A stretch of DNA of 64,000 bases, taken from NCBI GenBank assembly GCA_963736855.1, contig CAVTQK010000013.1, forward strand, positions 64,001 to 128,000. The letters are read 5' to 3'. This document shows, in pieces, positions 11,286-19,623 of the stretch. The translations under genes were made by a program, and so were the position numbers. The DNA is from an uncultured delta proteobacterium (GTDB lineage Bacteria; Desulfobacterota; Desulfobacteria; Desulfobacterales; UBA2156). The notes below the pieces were generated by a model. That model made no database searches, had not been told where the DNA came from, and saw only the letters and a list, made by a program, of their open reading frames with translations. Each line of letters opens with the position of its first letter. Within the stretch, counting starts at the first letter, position 1.

Positions 11286-11675
11286 ATGAAAAGCGACAAA
11301 TTCCTTTTCCTGATTTGTATTCTCCTTAGTATCGCCACCCTTTCATCGGTTGGATGCAAGCCTCGGATTTCCGAGCCGCTTCCCCCCGCCGTGCTGGGTG
11401 AATGGAGAACCGATGACCCGAAATTCACCGGTTTCTCGTTTGTCATCGAAGATGATTTTCTCTCCTTTAAAGACCAGAACGCCGAAAAAAAAATTGAGCG
11501 AAATAAAATTTTCAAAATTGAAAAAACTGAACTAGCGTTAAAAACGCTCTACACCCTTTATTGCAAAAACGAGGAAGGAATTGACATCGTTTTTGCCCTA
11601 TATTTTCAAAATGGCCCGGACGGCTCCATCCGACTTAAGAATCAAAATCGATTTCTCTGGAAGAAAATGCCTTGA
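11286..11675 (+). CDS. Hypothetical lipoprotein
   Basis: MKSDKFLFLICILLSIATLSSVGC lipobox-like signal; co-oriented after the HD-GYP gene. Confidence 0.6.
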   Translation: MKSDKFLFLICILLSIATLSSVGCKPRISEPLPPAVLGEWRTDDPKFTGFSFVIEDDFLSFKDQNAEKKIERNKIFKIEKTELALKTLYTLYCKNEEGIDIVFALYFQNGPDGSIRLKNQNRFLWKKMP

Positions 11676-11785
11676 CTTTTTCAGAATAAGAAGTTTCGCC
11701 TCATCGGATTTTCAAAAAATTCTTCTAAACCAAGTCCATATCCCGGCTGTCCAAGGTCTTTTCATCAAGTCCATCAAGCCTTCGT

Positions 11786-12202
11786 TTATAGCTCAGAAGT
11801 ACAATGGGGACAGCGCGTCGCCTTGATCGGAATGATAGAACAGCATCGGGGACATTCCCTGGTCTCTGGCGCTGCAGCCGGCGCCTCTGCTTTCTTGAAG
11901 CGGTTGATTTGTTTGATGAGGATAAAGATCGCAAAGGCGACGATGATAAAATCCAAAACGGTATTGATGAATGTGCCGTACTTGATGGTAACCGCCGCCG
12001 CATCCGGGGTTTTCTCCTTGAGCGTAAGGGCCAGTTGCGAAAAATCGACTTTTCCCAGAAGCACGCCAATGGGAGGCATGATGACGTCGCTGACCAGGGA
12101 ACTGATGATCTTGCCGAACGCACCGCCGATGATGATGCCGACAGCCATGTCCATCACATTCCCGCGCATTGCAAATTCTTTAAACTCTTTAAAAACAGGC
12201 AT
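11786..12202 (-). CDS. mscL: Large-conductance mechanosensitive channel with a C-terminal CxxC..CxxC extension
   Basis: [43 protein letters not shown]; tail [22 protein letters not shown]. Confidence 0.95.
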   Translation of the reverse strand: MPVFKEFKEFAMRGNVMDMAVGIIIGGAFGKIISSLVSDVIMPPIGVLLGKVDFSQLALTLKEKTPDAAAVTIKYGTFINTVLDFIIVAFAIFILIKQINRFKKAEAPAAAPETRECPRCCSIIPIKATRCPHCTSEL

Positions 12203-12265
12203 TTGTAAGTCCTTTCTGCTTGGATTCAACAAATCGATAAGTTTTTTTTACGGTGTTTCCTGTAA

Positions 12266-13690
12266 TCACCGCTCTTTGTCCAAATCTTTAAGGGCCGATT
12301 CGATTTTTTCTTTTTTCTGGGATTCGGTGATCAATTCCTTCGCCCGTTGAAGGTGAAAGCGGGCGCTTGCGGCATTTCCGGTCTTATAAAAATGCATCCC
12401 CAAATAATAATGGACCAAGTCCGCACGCCCCTTATTCTGGTAGATCTCCCCTAAAAAGTAATCCAACTGCACAAGGTCCGGATTTTTTTCGGCAATGGTG
12501 AGAAAGGCCGTTTCCGCGGAATCGGTTTGTCCAAGGGCGGCCAGAGACCTGGCCAAATAAAAGAGACCTTCCGGATTTTGAGAAGGACTATCGGCTATAC
12601 TGGAAAGGGTCTTGAGAGCCTCTTCATACCGCCCCTGGAAAAAATAGATCTTTCCCATTTCTGCCAGGAGATTTTTGTCAAAAGCGTTTTGAGCCAAGGC
12701 AGTCCGGATGTGTGAAAGGGCTTCCTCATATCGGTTTTCACGAGTCAAAACAATGGCATATCCATAGTGTGCCATGACATCGTCAGGATTTTTCGATATC
12801 TTTGCCTGGAATTGCCTGAGCGCTGTCCCAGGGTCTTGGCACAGTGCAACCAGCCGCGTATGAACCATTTCAAAGGAGTTGGGATCCTTTGGTTCCAGTT
12901 TTTTTGGGGTATGGTTTTGGATGTAAGCATCGATATAAACCATCCGATCCTCGGAGGCCGGATGGGTCGAAAGGTAATTGGGGATCTGATCCGAGCCGAA
13001 CCATTGCTTACTCCGGATCTTGCGCAGCATGGTCAGCAGACCGTTTCCTTCGTATCCCGCGTCATACAGGTATTGCATCCCGATCTGATCGGCCTGTATC
13101 TCGTCTTCACGGCTGAAGGCCAACACCGCAGATTGGGCGGCGGCGGCTGACCCGATAGCGAGGGCGTTTCCAGCGGCGGACGCCCCTCCTGCGCCCAAAA
13201 AAATACCGGCCACCATCCCGGCTATCGCCGCGATGCCGATCTTCTTGGCTCTTTCGATCTTTTCGGAGATGTGTCGACACTGAACATGAGCGATCTCATG
13301 GGCAAGGATCCCGGCAAGCTCCGCCTCCCCTTCCATCGCTTCCAGCAATCCGCTGTTGACGAAGATATGGCCGCCCGGACCTGCAAAGGCATTGTAAACC
13401 TCTTCCTCAACCACGTAGAACCGAAAGGCAAAAGGCGGCTCGGGCATCACGGATATTATCCTTTTCCCTATGGCATTGATGTAGGACAGGATTAAAGGAT
13501 CTTTAAGGAGCTTGTAGTTGTCGTTGACCACCTTCAGAAATTCCTTGGCCAGGTCCTCTTCCTGTTTGATGGAAAGGGCTTCGGCGTTTCCTGGAACTCC
13601 GATCCCAAGAACTATAAGCGATATCAGGGCCATCGATATGATTTTTTGAATGAGATTCACCGGATTTCTCTTTGTTAATCCGCTTTCCAA
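12266..13690 (-). CDS. M48 metalloprotease with TPR repeats (BepA/YfgC-like); start codon uncertain
   Basis: NAFAGPGG, ELAGILAHEIAHV (HExxH), FSREDEIQADQIG, YLSTHP; C-terminal TPRs. Confidence 0.9.
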   Translation of the reverse strand: MESGLTKRNPVNLIQKIISMALISLIVLGIGVPGNAEALSIKQEEDLAKEFLKVVNDNYKLLKDPLILSYINAIGKRIISVMPEPPFAFRFYVVEEEVYNAFAGPGGHIFVNSGLLEAMEGEAELAGILAHEIAHVQCRHISEKIERAKKIGIAAIAGMVAGIFLGAGGASAAGNALAIGSAAAAQSAVLAFSREDEIQADQIGMQYLYDAGYEGNGLLTMLRKIRSKQWFGSDQIPNYLSTHPASEDRMVYIDAYIQNHTPKKLEPKDPNSFEMVHTRLVALCQDPGTALRQFQAKISKNPDDVMAHYGYAIVLTRENRYEEALSHIRTALAQNAFDKNLLAEMGKIYFFQGRYEEALKTLSSIADSPSQNPEGLFYLARSLAALGQTDSAETAFLTIAEKNPDLVQLDYFLGEIYQNKGRADLVHYYLGMHFYKTGNAASARFHLQRAKELITESQKKEKIESALKDLDKER

Positions 13691-13719
13691 CCGTTTCGAT
13701 CTATGTTAGAAATATATTT

Positions 13720-14484
13720 ATGCCACAAATTTTGTGCATTGCCAATCAGAAAGGGGGGGTCGGGAAAACCACCACGGCCATCAACCTATCCGCGGCATTG
13801 GCTGTTTTTAAGAAGAAAATTCTCCTGGTGGATTGCGATCCCCAGGCCAACGCTACCACCGGTGTTGGGATTGACAAGGCTTCCCTCAAGCGTACCCTTT
13901 ATCATGGGTTGATCCAAAAAGATGCAGCAAAGAACCTGATCGTGGACACAGAGATTCAAACCCTGAAGGTCATCCCATCCCGTGTTGAACTTATTGGGTT
14001 TGAACTGGAGATGATGGAGGCGCCGGAACGGGAAAAGGCTTTGAAAAGGCTCATTGATGAGTTGAGATCCGATTTCGACTACATCATCCTGGATTGCCCG
14101 CCGGCCCTTGGCCTTTTGACCCTCAATGCCATGACCGCCGCCGATGCGCTGCTTATTCCTCTTCAATGCGAATTTTATGCCTTAGAGGGACTGGGTCAAC
14201 TCATCCAAACCATCAAACGGGTCCGGGAGCATCTGAACCCGCGCCTTAAAATCTCCGGAATCCTCTTGACCATGTTCGACACCCGGACCAACCTATCCCA
14301 CCAGGTAGCCGAGAACGCCGCCAAATATTTCAAGTCCCTGCTGTTCAAGACCCGAATACCGAGAAACGTCCGCCTGGGGGAAGCACCCAGCTTCGGAAAA
14401 CCGATCCTCTTGTACGACGCCGCCTCTCCCGGCGCCTTGAGTTACCTCTCTTTAGCCAAAGAAATCCTGAACCCCAGATCCTAA
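13720..14484 (+). CDS. parA: Chromosome partitioning ATPase ParA/Soj
   Basis: ANQKGGVGKTTTAINL, DCDPQANAT, DCPPALG, PLQCEFYALEGL, IPRNVRLGEAPSFGKP. Confidence 0.95.
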   Translation: MPQILCIANQKGGVGKTTTAINLSAALAVFKKKILLVDCDPQANATTGVGIDKASLKRTLYHGLIQKDAAKNLIVDTEIQTLKVIPSRVELIGFELEMMEAPEREKALKRLIDELRSDFDYIILDCPPALGLLTLNAMTAADALLIPLQCEFYALEGLGQLIQTIKRVREHLNPRLKISGILLTMFDTRTNLSHQVAENAAKYFKSLLFKTRIPRNVRLGEAPSFGKPILLYDAASPGALSYLSLAKEILNPRS

Positions 14485-14491
14485 GGAAGCC

Positions 14492-15400
14492 ATGAAAACA
14501 CAAAACAACCCGAAAGGATCCGAACCCGGGAAAAAAAAGCCCCCGAAAATTGCTTTAGGACGAGGTTTCGATGCCCTGTTCCCGGACTTGGAGCTCGTGG
14601 AAACCGAGAAAAAGGGGTATTTTTTATGCGATATGGATCTGATTCATCCTAACCGATTTCAACCCCGGGTTCTTTTTTCGGAAGCCGAGCTGGCGGAGCT
14701 GTCGAAATCCATTAAGGAAAAAGGGGTCATCCAGCCTATTGTGGTCCGAAAGGATGAACCCGGATATGAAATCGTGGCAGGCGAAAGACGGTTTCGAGCC
14801 GCAAAAATGGCCGGTCTTTCCCAAATTCCGGCTATGCTTGTGTCGATCAAAGACGATGAGCTTTTGGAAATGTCCATCGTGGAAAACATCCAAAGGGAAG
14901 ACCTCAACCCCGTCGAAGAGGCCGAAGCCTACCATCGCCTAATGACCCAATTCCATCTGACCCAGGAGCAGGTATCCGAACGGGTGGGTAAAAACCGCTC
15001 CACCGTCGCCAATTTCTTGAGGCTCCGCCTGCTTCCCGGCGAAATCAGAGACTATCTTTTGAAAGATGAGTTGAGCATGGGGCATGCCCGTGCCCTCTTA
15101 GGCGCAAACACCCCGGCCCGCCAGATCCAAGCCTGCCGTCAGGTATTAGCAAAAAAGCTTTCAGTCCGGCAGACCGAGGCAATGGTCAGGCGGATGCAGT
15201 CTGCATCCGAATCCCCGACAAAAAGAGTCGCAAAAACCGATGATTCATATTTTTCGGACCTTGCCGATGGATTATCGAGACACTTTGGAACCCGGGTTCA
15301 AATCAAACGGCGGGGACATACCGGAAAGATTGAGATCGATTTCTACACCGACGAAGATCTGGACCGGCTGCTGCGCATGTTAAAATCCACGACTATTTAA
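14492..15400 (+). CDS. parB: Chromosome partitioning protein ParB/Spo0J
   Basis: ALGRGFDAL, PNRFQPR, GVIQPIVVR, IVAGERRFRAA, ENIQREDLNPVEEA. Confidence 0.95.
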   Translation: MKTQNNPKGSEPGKKKPPKIALGRGFDALFPDLELVETEKKGYFLCDMDLIHPNRFQPRVLFSEAELAELSKSIKEKGVIQPIVVRKDEPGYEIVAGERRFRAAKMAGLSQIPAMLVSIKDDELLEMSIVENIQREDLNPVEEAEAYHRLMTQFHLTQEQVSERVGKNRSTVANFLRLRLLPGEIRDYLLKDELSMGHARALLGANTPARQIQACRQVLAKKLSVRQTEAMVRRMQSASESPTKRVAKTDDSYFSDLADGLSRHFGTRVQIKRRGHTGKIEIDFYTDEDLDRLLRMLKSTTI

Positions 15401-15425
15401 AGAAAATCAGGGTTTAAAATATCCG

Positions 15426-15953
15426 ATGGCGCTTCACATCCTGATCGACGGCTATAATCTGATCAAAAGCGATGCCATACCCGGACTTCAAGACATTCCG
15501 GACTTACAACGGCAGCGCGAAGCGCTGATCGAAAGGCTTATTGAATATAACCGTTTGAAGCGCCACCCCATAACCTTGGTCTTCGACGCCACCCATGCCC
15601 CGGGACCCCTGCACCGAAAGGAGCGGGTGGGCGGCATCGATGTCCGCTTTTCACGACTCGGCCAGACTGCGGATGCACTGATTAAAAACATGGTTGCTAA
15701 ACAGCGGGAACAGGCCCTGGTGGTCACTGCAGATCAGGATATCGCCCGGTTTGCGGAGTTAAAGGGAGCCACCGTGGTGTCCTGTTTGGATTTTGGAGAA
15801 AGAATCAGCCGGGTGGAAATGATGGAAGAACGCTTTTTTGATTCGGAAGAATCCATGGAAGAAGGATGGACTCCCACGACCCGGAAAAAAGGGCCTGCCA
15901 AGCGCCCTTCGAAAAAAGATAGAAAAACGCTCTTGAAGATAAAAAAATTGTAA
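15426..15953 (+). CDS. NYN/PIN-domain protein (YacP-like)
   Basis: ILIDGYNLI, LVFDA, TADALI, VVTAD. Confidence 0.85.
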   Translation: MALHILIDGYNLIKSDAIPGLQDIPDLQRQREALIERLIEYNRLKRHPITLVFDATHAPGPLHRKERVGGIDVRFSRLGQTADALIKNMVAKQREQALVVTADQDIARFAELKGATVVSCLDFGERISRVEMMEERFFDSEESMEEGWTPTTRKKGPAKRPSKKDRKTLLKIKKL

Positions 15954-15966
15954 GGGGTTTTAAAGG

Positions 15967-16386
15967 ATGAAACGGATCTGTGTCATCGACGGTCAGGGCG
16001 GGGGCATCGGGAGTGCTGTCATCAAGAAACTCAAAGAGGTTTTCGAGGAACGCATCGAAATCATTGCTTTAGGGACCAATGCCATTGCAACATCTCAGAT
16101 GCTGAAAGCCCGCGCCAATCGCGGCGCCTCCGGGGAGAATGCCATCATCCAGACCGTCAAATCGGCGGATGTGATCATCGGCACCATTGGGATCGTCTTG
16201 GCCAACGCCATGATGGGAGAAGTGACACACGGTATGGCCGAGGCGGTGGCGACAAGCCCTGCCAGGAAAATCCTGATTCCTTTGTCCCAGGAGCCGCTGG
16301 AGGTGGTGGGCATTACCCGGGCACCGCTTCCCCATTTAATCGAGGAACTGGTTTGCGAAAACCTGAAAAGTTTTCTTCAGATGTAA
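15967..16386 (+). CDS. DUF3842 family protein
   Basis: VIDGQGGGIG, ALGTNAIATSQMLKA.ANRGASGENAI, MMGEVT..MAEAV..SPARKILIPL. Confidence 0.85.
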   Translation: MKRICVIDGQGGGIGSAVIKKLKEVFEERIEIIALGTNAIATSQMLKARANRGASGENAIIQTVKSADVIIGTIGIVLANAMMGEVTHGMAEAVATSPARKILIPLSQEPLEVVGITRAPLPHLIEELVCENLKSFLQM

Positions 16387-16403
16387 TAGAAAGGATCGCT
16401 ATC

Positions 16404-16598
16404 ATGTGTGAAGCCAACGCCTACCTGATCTCAGAAAATGAAAAAACCCTTGTTATGGAAGCCGTCGATACGGTGGAACCTGAAGAAGACGGCTTGAAGC
16501 TGGTCAACATTTTCGGAGAACAAAAATTTGTGAAAGCCCATATCCATTCCCTATCCTTGGTTGACCACAACATTTATCTGAAATCCGAAACAAAATAA
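16404..16598 (+). CDS. CooT-family nickel-binding protein
   Basis: MCEANAYL...LVNIFGEQK...LVDHNIYL; SD AAAGGA. Confidence 0.85.
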   Translation: MCEANAYLISENEKTLVMEAVDTVEPEEDGLKLVNIFGEQKFVKAHIHSLSLVDHNIYLKSETK

Positions 16599-16708
16599 GC
16601 TGGCTACCTCAAGACGGCAGCTTCAGGGGCTGGAGATTTGAGGGATCGAGAATTCAAGCAAAATCCCCCAGTTTATCGAATCCTTGTCCCCTTAACCTTT
16701 TCTGAATC

Positions 16709-18439
16709 ATGAAAATCGTTGTCGCCAAAACCGCCGGGTTCTGTATGGGTGTGCGCAGGGCCGTAGAACTCGTTTTGGATCTTCCTAAAAAATATCCGGA
16801 ACCGATTTGCACCTATGGTCCCCTCATCCACAATCCCCAGGTTATAGCTCTATTGGAAGAAAAAGGGATCTACACCCTGAAGGAGATCCCTGAAAAGGGG
16901 TCGGGAACGATCCTGATCCGCGCCCATGGGGTGCCGCCGGAGGTTAAAAAGCAGCTTCAGGAGTCGGGGATGGTCGTGGTGGATGCCACCTGTCCTCGCG
17001 TGATCAAGGTTCAGACCATCATCCGCAAATATGCCGGGCAAGGATATGCCTGTATCATCATCGGCGACAGGGATCACCCGGAAGTGATCGGCCTGTTGGG
17101 ATACGCCGGAAACAGCGGGCATGCGGCAGCCAATATAGAAGACCTTGCGGGGCTGCCTGGGTTCGAAAAAGCGATCGTCGTCGCGCAGACCACCCAGAAC
17201 ACGGTATTGTTTGAACAAGTCCGCCAATGGACGAATCGGCATTTCCCGCATTATAAAGTATTTAACACCATCTGCGACTCCACCGAAAAACGGCAGGCGG
17301 AAATCAGCCATCTGGCCGATACCGTGGATGCAGTAGTAGTAGTAGGTGGCAAAAGCAGCGGAAACACCCAGCGTCTCTTCGAAATTGCCAGGGGGAAAGG
17401 GAAACCCGCCTTCCATGTTGAAACCGAGGCCGAATTGGATGAGTCCCTGGCCAAAGCCCAGCGGGTGGGGATCACGGCCGGAGCCTCCACGCCCAACTGG
17501 GTACTTCGCCGGGTCTATCGGGAGCTGCAAGCCCTTCCGTTTCGGAAAGGGAAAGGGTGGCGAAGCCGGTGGTTCACCCTGGAGAGGACCCTCCTGCTCA
17601 CCAGCACCTACCTGGCTCTCGGTGCGGGAGCCACTTGCTATGCCGGTGCCATGCTCCAGGGGATTCCGGACTATTTCCCTCACATGCTCATCACCATTTT
17701 ATATGTGCAGTCCATGCACATCCTGAACAACCTGATCGGCAGAAAGGCGGACCGATACAATGAGCCGGATCGAGCCTTTTTTTATGACGATCACAAAGCC
17801 CTTCTTTCCAAGCTGGCGGTCCTTGCCGGAGGCGCGGGCCTTGTTGCCGCCTATACCTTGGGGACGCTCCCGTTTTTCGTTCTGCTTTCCATGAGTGTCA
17901 CCGGGCTTTCATACAACATGAACATCCTCCCTGGATGGATCGGAAAAGGAAAATACCGTCGCATTCGGGATATCCCCGGATCCAAAACCGTCCTGATTGC
18001 GCTGGCATGGGGAATCGTAACATCGGTTTTTCCCGCCCTGACCACCCTCAGGACATTCACCGCAGGGAACGCGATGGCCTTTTTATGGGCATCGGGTCTT
18101 GTCTTTACCAGGACCGCCTTCTTTGACATTCTGGACATGCAGGGAGACCGCATCGTCGGCAGAGAAACGCTGCCCATACTTTTGGGAGAAAAACAAACGC
18201 TTAACGTGTTGAAGGTGATGCTCATCGCCATCATGGGGCTCCTTGCGGGATCCGCAGCCATGGGCGCTGTGACGTCCCTGGGGTATCTGCTTCTTATGCC
18301 TGTTTTTTCCCTGCTGATTGTTGTTATGACCCACGAAAAAGGGCACATGCTTCCCGGAATCCGGCTGGAGTTTTTGGTGGATACCCACTTTATCATGGGG
18401 GGTTTTCTCGCGTTGATATGGGCATTGGGGAAAGGTTGA
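16709..18439 (+). CDS. ispH: 4-hydroxy-3-methylbut-2-enyl diphosphate reductase fused to a UbiA-like membrane domain
   Basis: AGFCMGVRRAV, IRAHG, DATCPRV, HPEV, AQTT, TICDST..RQ, SSGNT, GITAGASTP; C-terminal ~290 aa multi-TM with DRYNEPDR and FDILDMQGDRIVGRETLP (UbiA Asp-rich motifs). Confidence 0.92.
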   Translation: MKIVVAKTAGFCMGVRRAVELVLDLPKKYPEPICTYGPLIHNPQVIALLEEKGIYTLKEIPEKGSGTILIRAHGVPPEVKKQLQESGMVVVDATCPRVIKVQTIIRKYAGQGYACIIIGDRDHPEVIGLLGYAGNSGHAAANIEDLAGLPGFEKAIVVAQTTQNTVLFEQVRQWTNRHFPHYKVFNTICDSTEKRQAEISHLADTVDAVVVVGGKSSGNTQRLFEIARGKGKPAFHVETEAELDESLAKAQRVGITAGASTPNWVLRRVYRELQALPFRKGKGWRSRWFTLERTLLLTSTYLALGAGATCYAGAMLQGIPDYFPHMLITILYVQSMHILNNLIGRKADRYNEPDRAFFYDDHKALLSKLAVLAGGAGLVAAYTLGTLPFFVLLSMSVTGLSYNMNILPGWIGKGKYRRIRDIPGSKTVLIALAWGIVTSVFPALTTLRTFTAGNAMAFLWASGLVFTRTAFFDILDMQGDRIVGRETLPILLGEKQTLNVLKVMLIAIMGLLAGSAAMGAVTSLGYLLLMPVFSLLIVVMTHEKGHMLPGIRLEFLVDTHFIMGGFLALIWALGKG

Positions 18440-18627
18440 TGAAATCGTAAAAAAGCTATTTTTGCTCGCTTCGTGATCATTTTCGGGAGATGCTCACGGC
18501 TTCTCTAAATTTCAAGAACTCGGCGCAAGCGCCTCAAACAGCTTGAAATTATTAACGCTCAGCCGTTCGCATCTCTTTTTCCGAAAATGCTCAAATCTCG
18601 CTTGCAAAAGCTTTTTACGAAGCCATC
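18438..18627. mobile_element. MITE type B with 6-bp TSD AAGGTT; completes the ispH stop codon
   Basis: AAGGTT|GATGAAATCGTAAAAA...TTTTTACGAAGCCATC|AAGGTT; interior matches the reverse complement of 60504-60694. Confidence 0.88.
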
Positions 18628-18652
18628 AAGGTTAACCGCAACGAATCACAAA

Positions 18653-19264
18653 TCAAAGGAAAGGAGGCTCGACGCCCCGGATCAGTCGCCGGATATTGTC
18701 CTTATGTCGAATCGATATCAGAAAGGCTGAAGTAATCGCAAATCCGGTGAAAACCGGGGAAAAGGTTGCCTGCCAAATGACCACCGGAGCCGTCAGGGCC
18801 GATGAAAGAGAAGCCAGAGAGACTCGGTTGAAATAACAGAGCATCATCATGAAAACCATCACAAGGATCAGAAGGGCAACCGGAGAAATGGCTCCAAAAC
18901 ATCCCGCAGCGGTAGCCACCCCCTTTCCGCCGCCTCTAAATCGGGTATAGATCGGAAACAGATGCCCGAGGACGGCCAGAAATGCGATGAGCGCCATGTA
19001 TAGCTCACCCCATAAATCCGGCGCCGGAAAGAGGCCTTTTGCGATCACCACAGGCAGTACCCCCTTGCCGATATCCCCTAAAAGTGTCAAGAGACCTAGG
19101 ATCCAGCCGGTGGTTCTTTTTACGTTGGTGGCACCAATGTTGCCGCTTCCTTCCCTCGTGATATCGACGGCTGAAAAGGCCCGGGTCAAAAGCATCCCCC
19201 AAGGAATCGACCCTACCAGAAAAGCCGCCGGAGGCAAGAATAACAGCTCCATCCACCATGTCAT
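18653..19264 (-). CDS. plsY: Glycerol-3-phosphate acyltransferase PlsY
   Basis: GSIPWG, GSGNIGATNV, DIGKG, GHLFP, GGKGVAT, HKDNIRRL. Confidence 0.95.
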   Translation of the reverse strand: MTWWMELLFLPPAAFLVGSIPWGMLLTRAFSAVDITREGSGNIGATNVKRTTGWILGLLTLLGDIGKGVLPVVIAKGLFPAPDLWGELYMALIAFLAVLGHLFPIYTRFRGGGKGVATAAGCFGAISPVALLILVMVFMMMLCYFNRVSLASLSSALTAPVVIWQATFSPVFTGFAITSAFLISIRHKDNIRRLIRGVEPPFL

Positions 19265-19339
19265 GATGTTTTTTCCTTATCTTTTCCAGAAAGCGGCAAC
19301 CGCCCGTATCGGATCCCACCGGGGCCGAAGAGGTTTCGC

Positions 19340-19609
19340 ATGAATCCCGTGATTTTTCCCATCGAAGACGTGCTCGATCTGCACACCTTCCGACCCGAAG
19401 AGGTGAGCTCGCTTTTAGAAGATTACTTTTTCGCGTGCATCGAGGCCGGAATCTATTCGGTCCGGATTATCCATGGAAAGGGAAAGGGAACCCTGAAAAA
19501 CCGCGTCCTGCATCTCTTGGAAAGAGACCCCCGGGTGATATCTTACGGAGATGCGCCTCTGGATGCCGGCGGCTGGGGCGCCACTATCGTCCAATTTAAA
19601 CCGAAATAG
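19340..19609 (+). CDS. Smr/MutS2-domain protein
   Basis: LDLHTF, RIIHGKGKGTL, GGWGATIV. Confidence 0.88.
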   Translation: MNPVIFPIEDVLDLHTFRPEEVSSLLEDYFFACIEAGIYSVRIIHGKGKGTLKNRVLHLLERDPRVISYGDAPLDAGGWGATIVQFKPK

Positions 19610-19623
19610 GCGGCTTTGTTGTC

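Noticed and set aside
13600..15430. parS site near parAB
   Set aside because: No TGTTTCACGTGAAACA-like palindrome noticed by eye.
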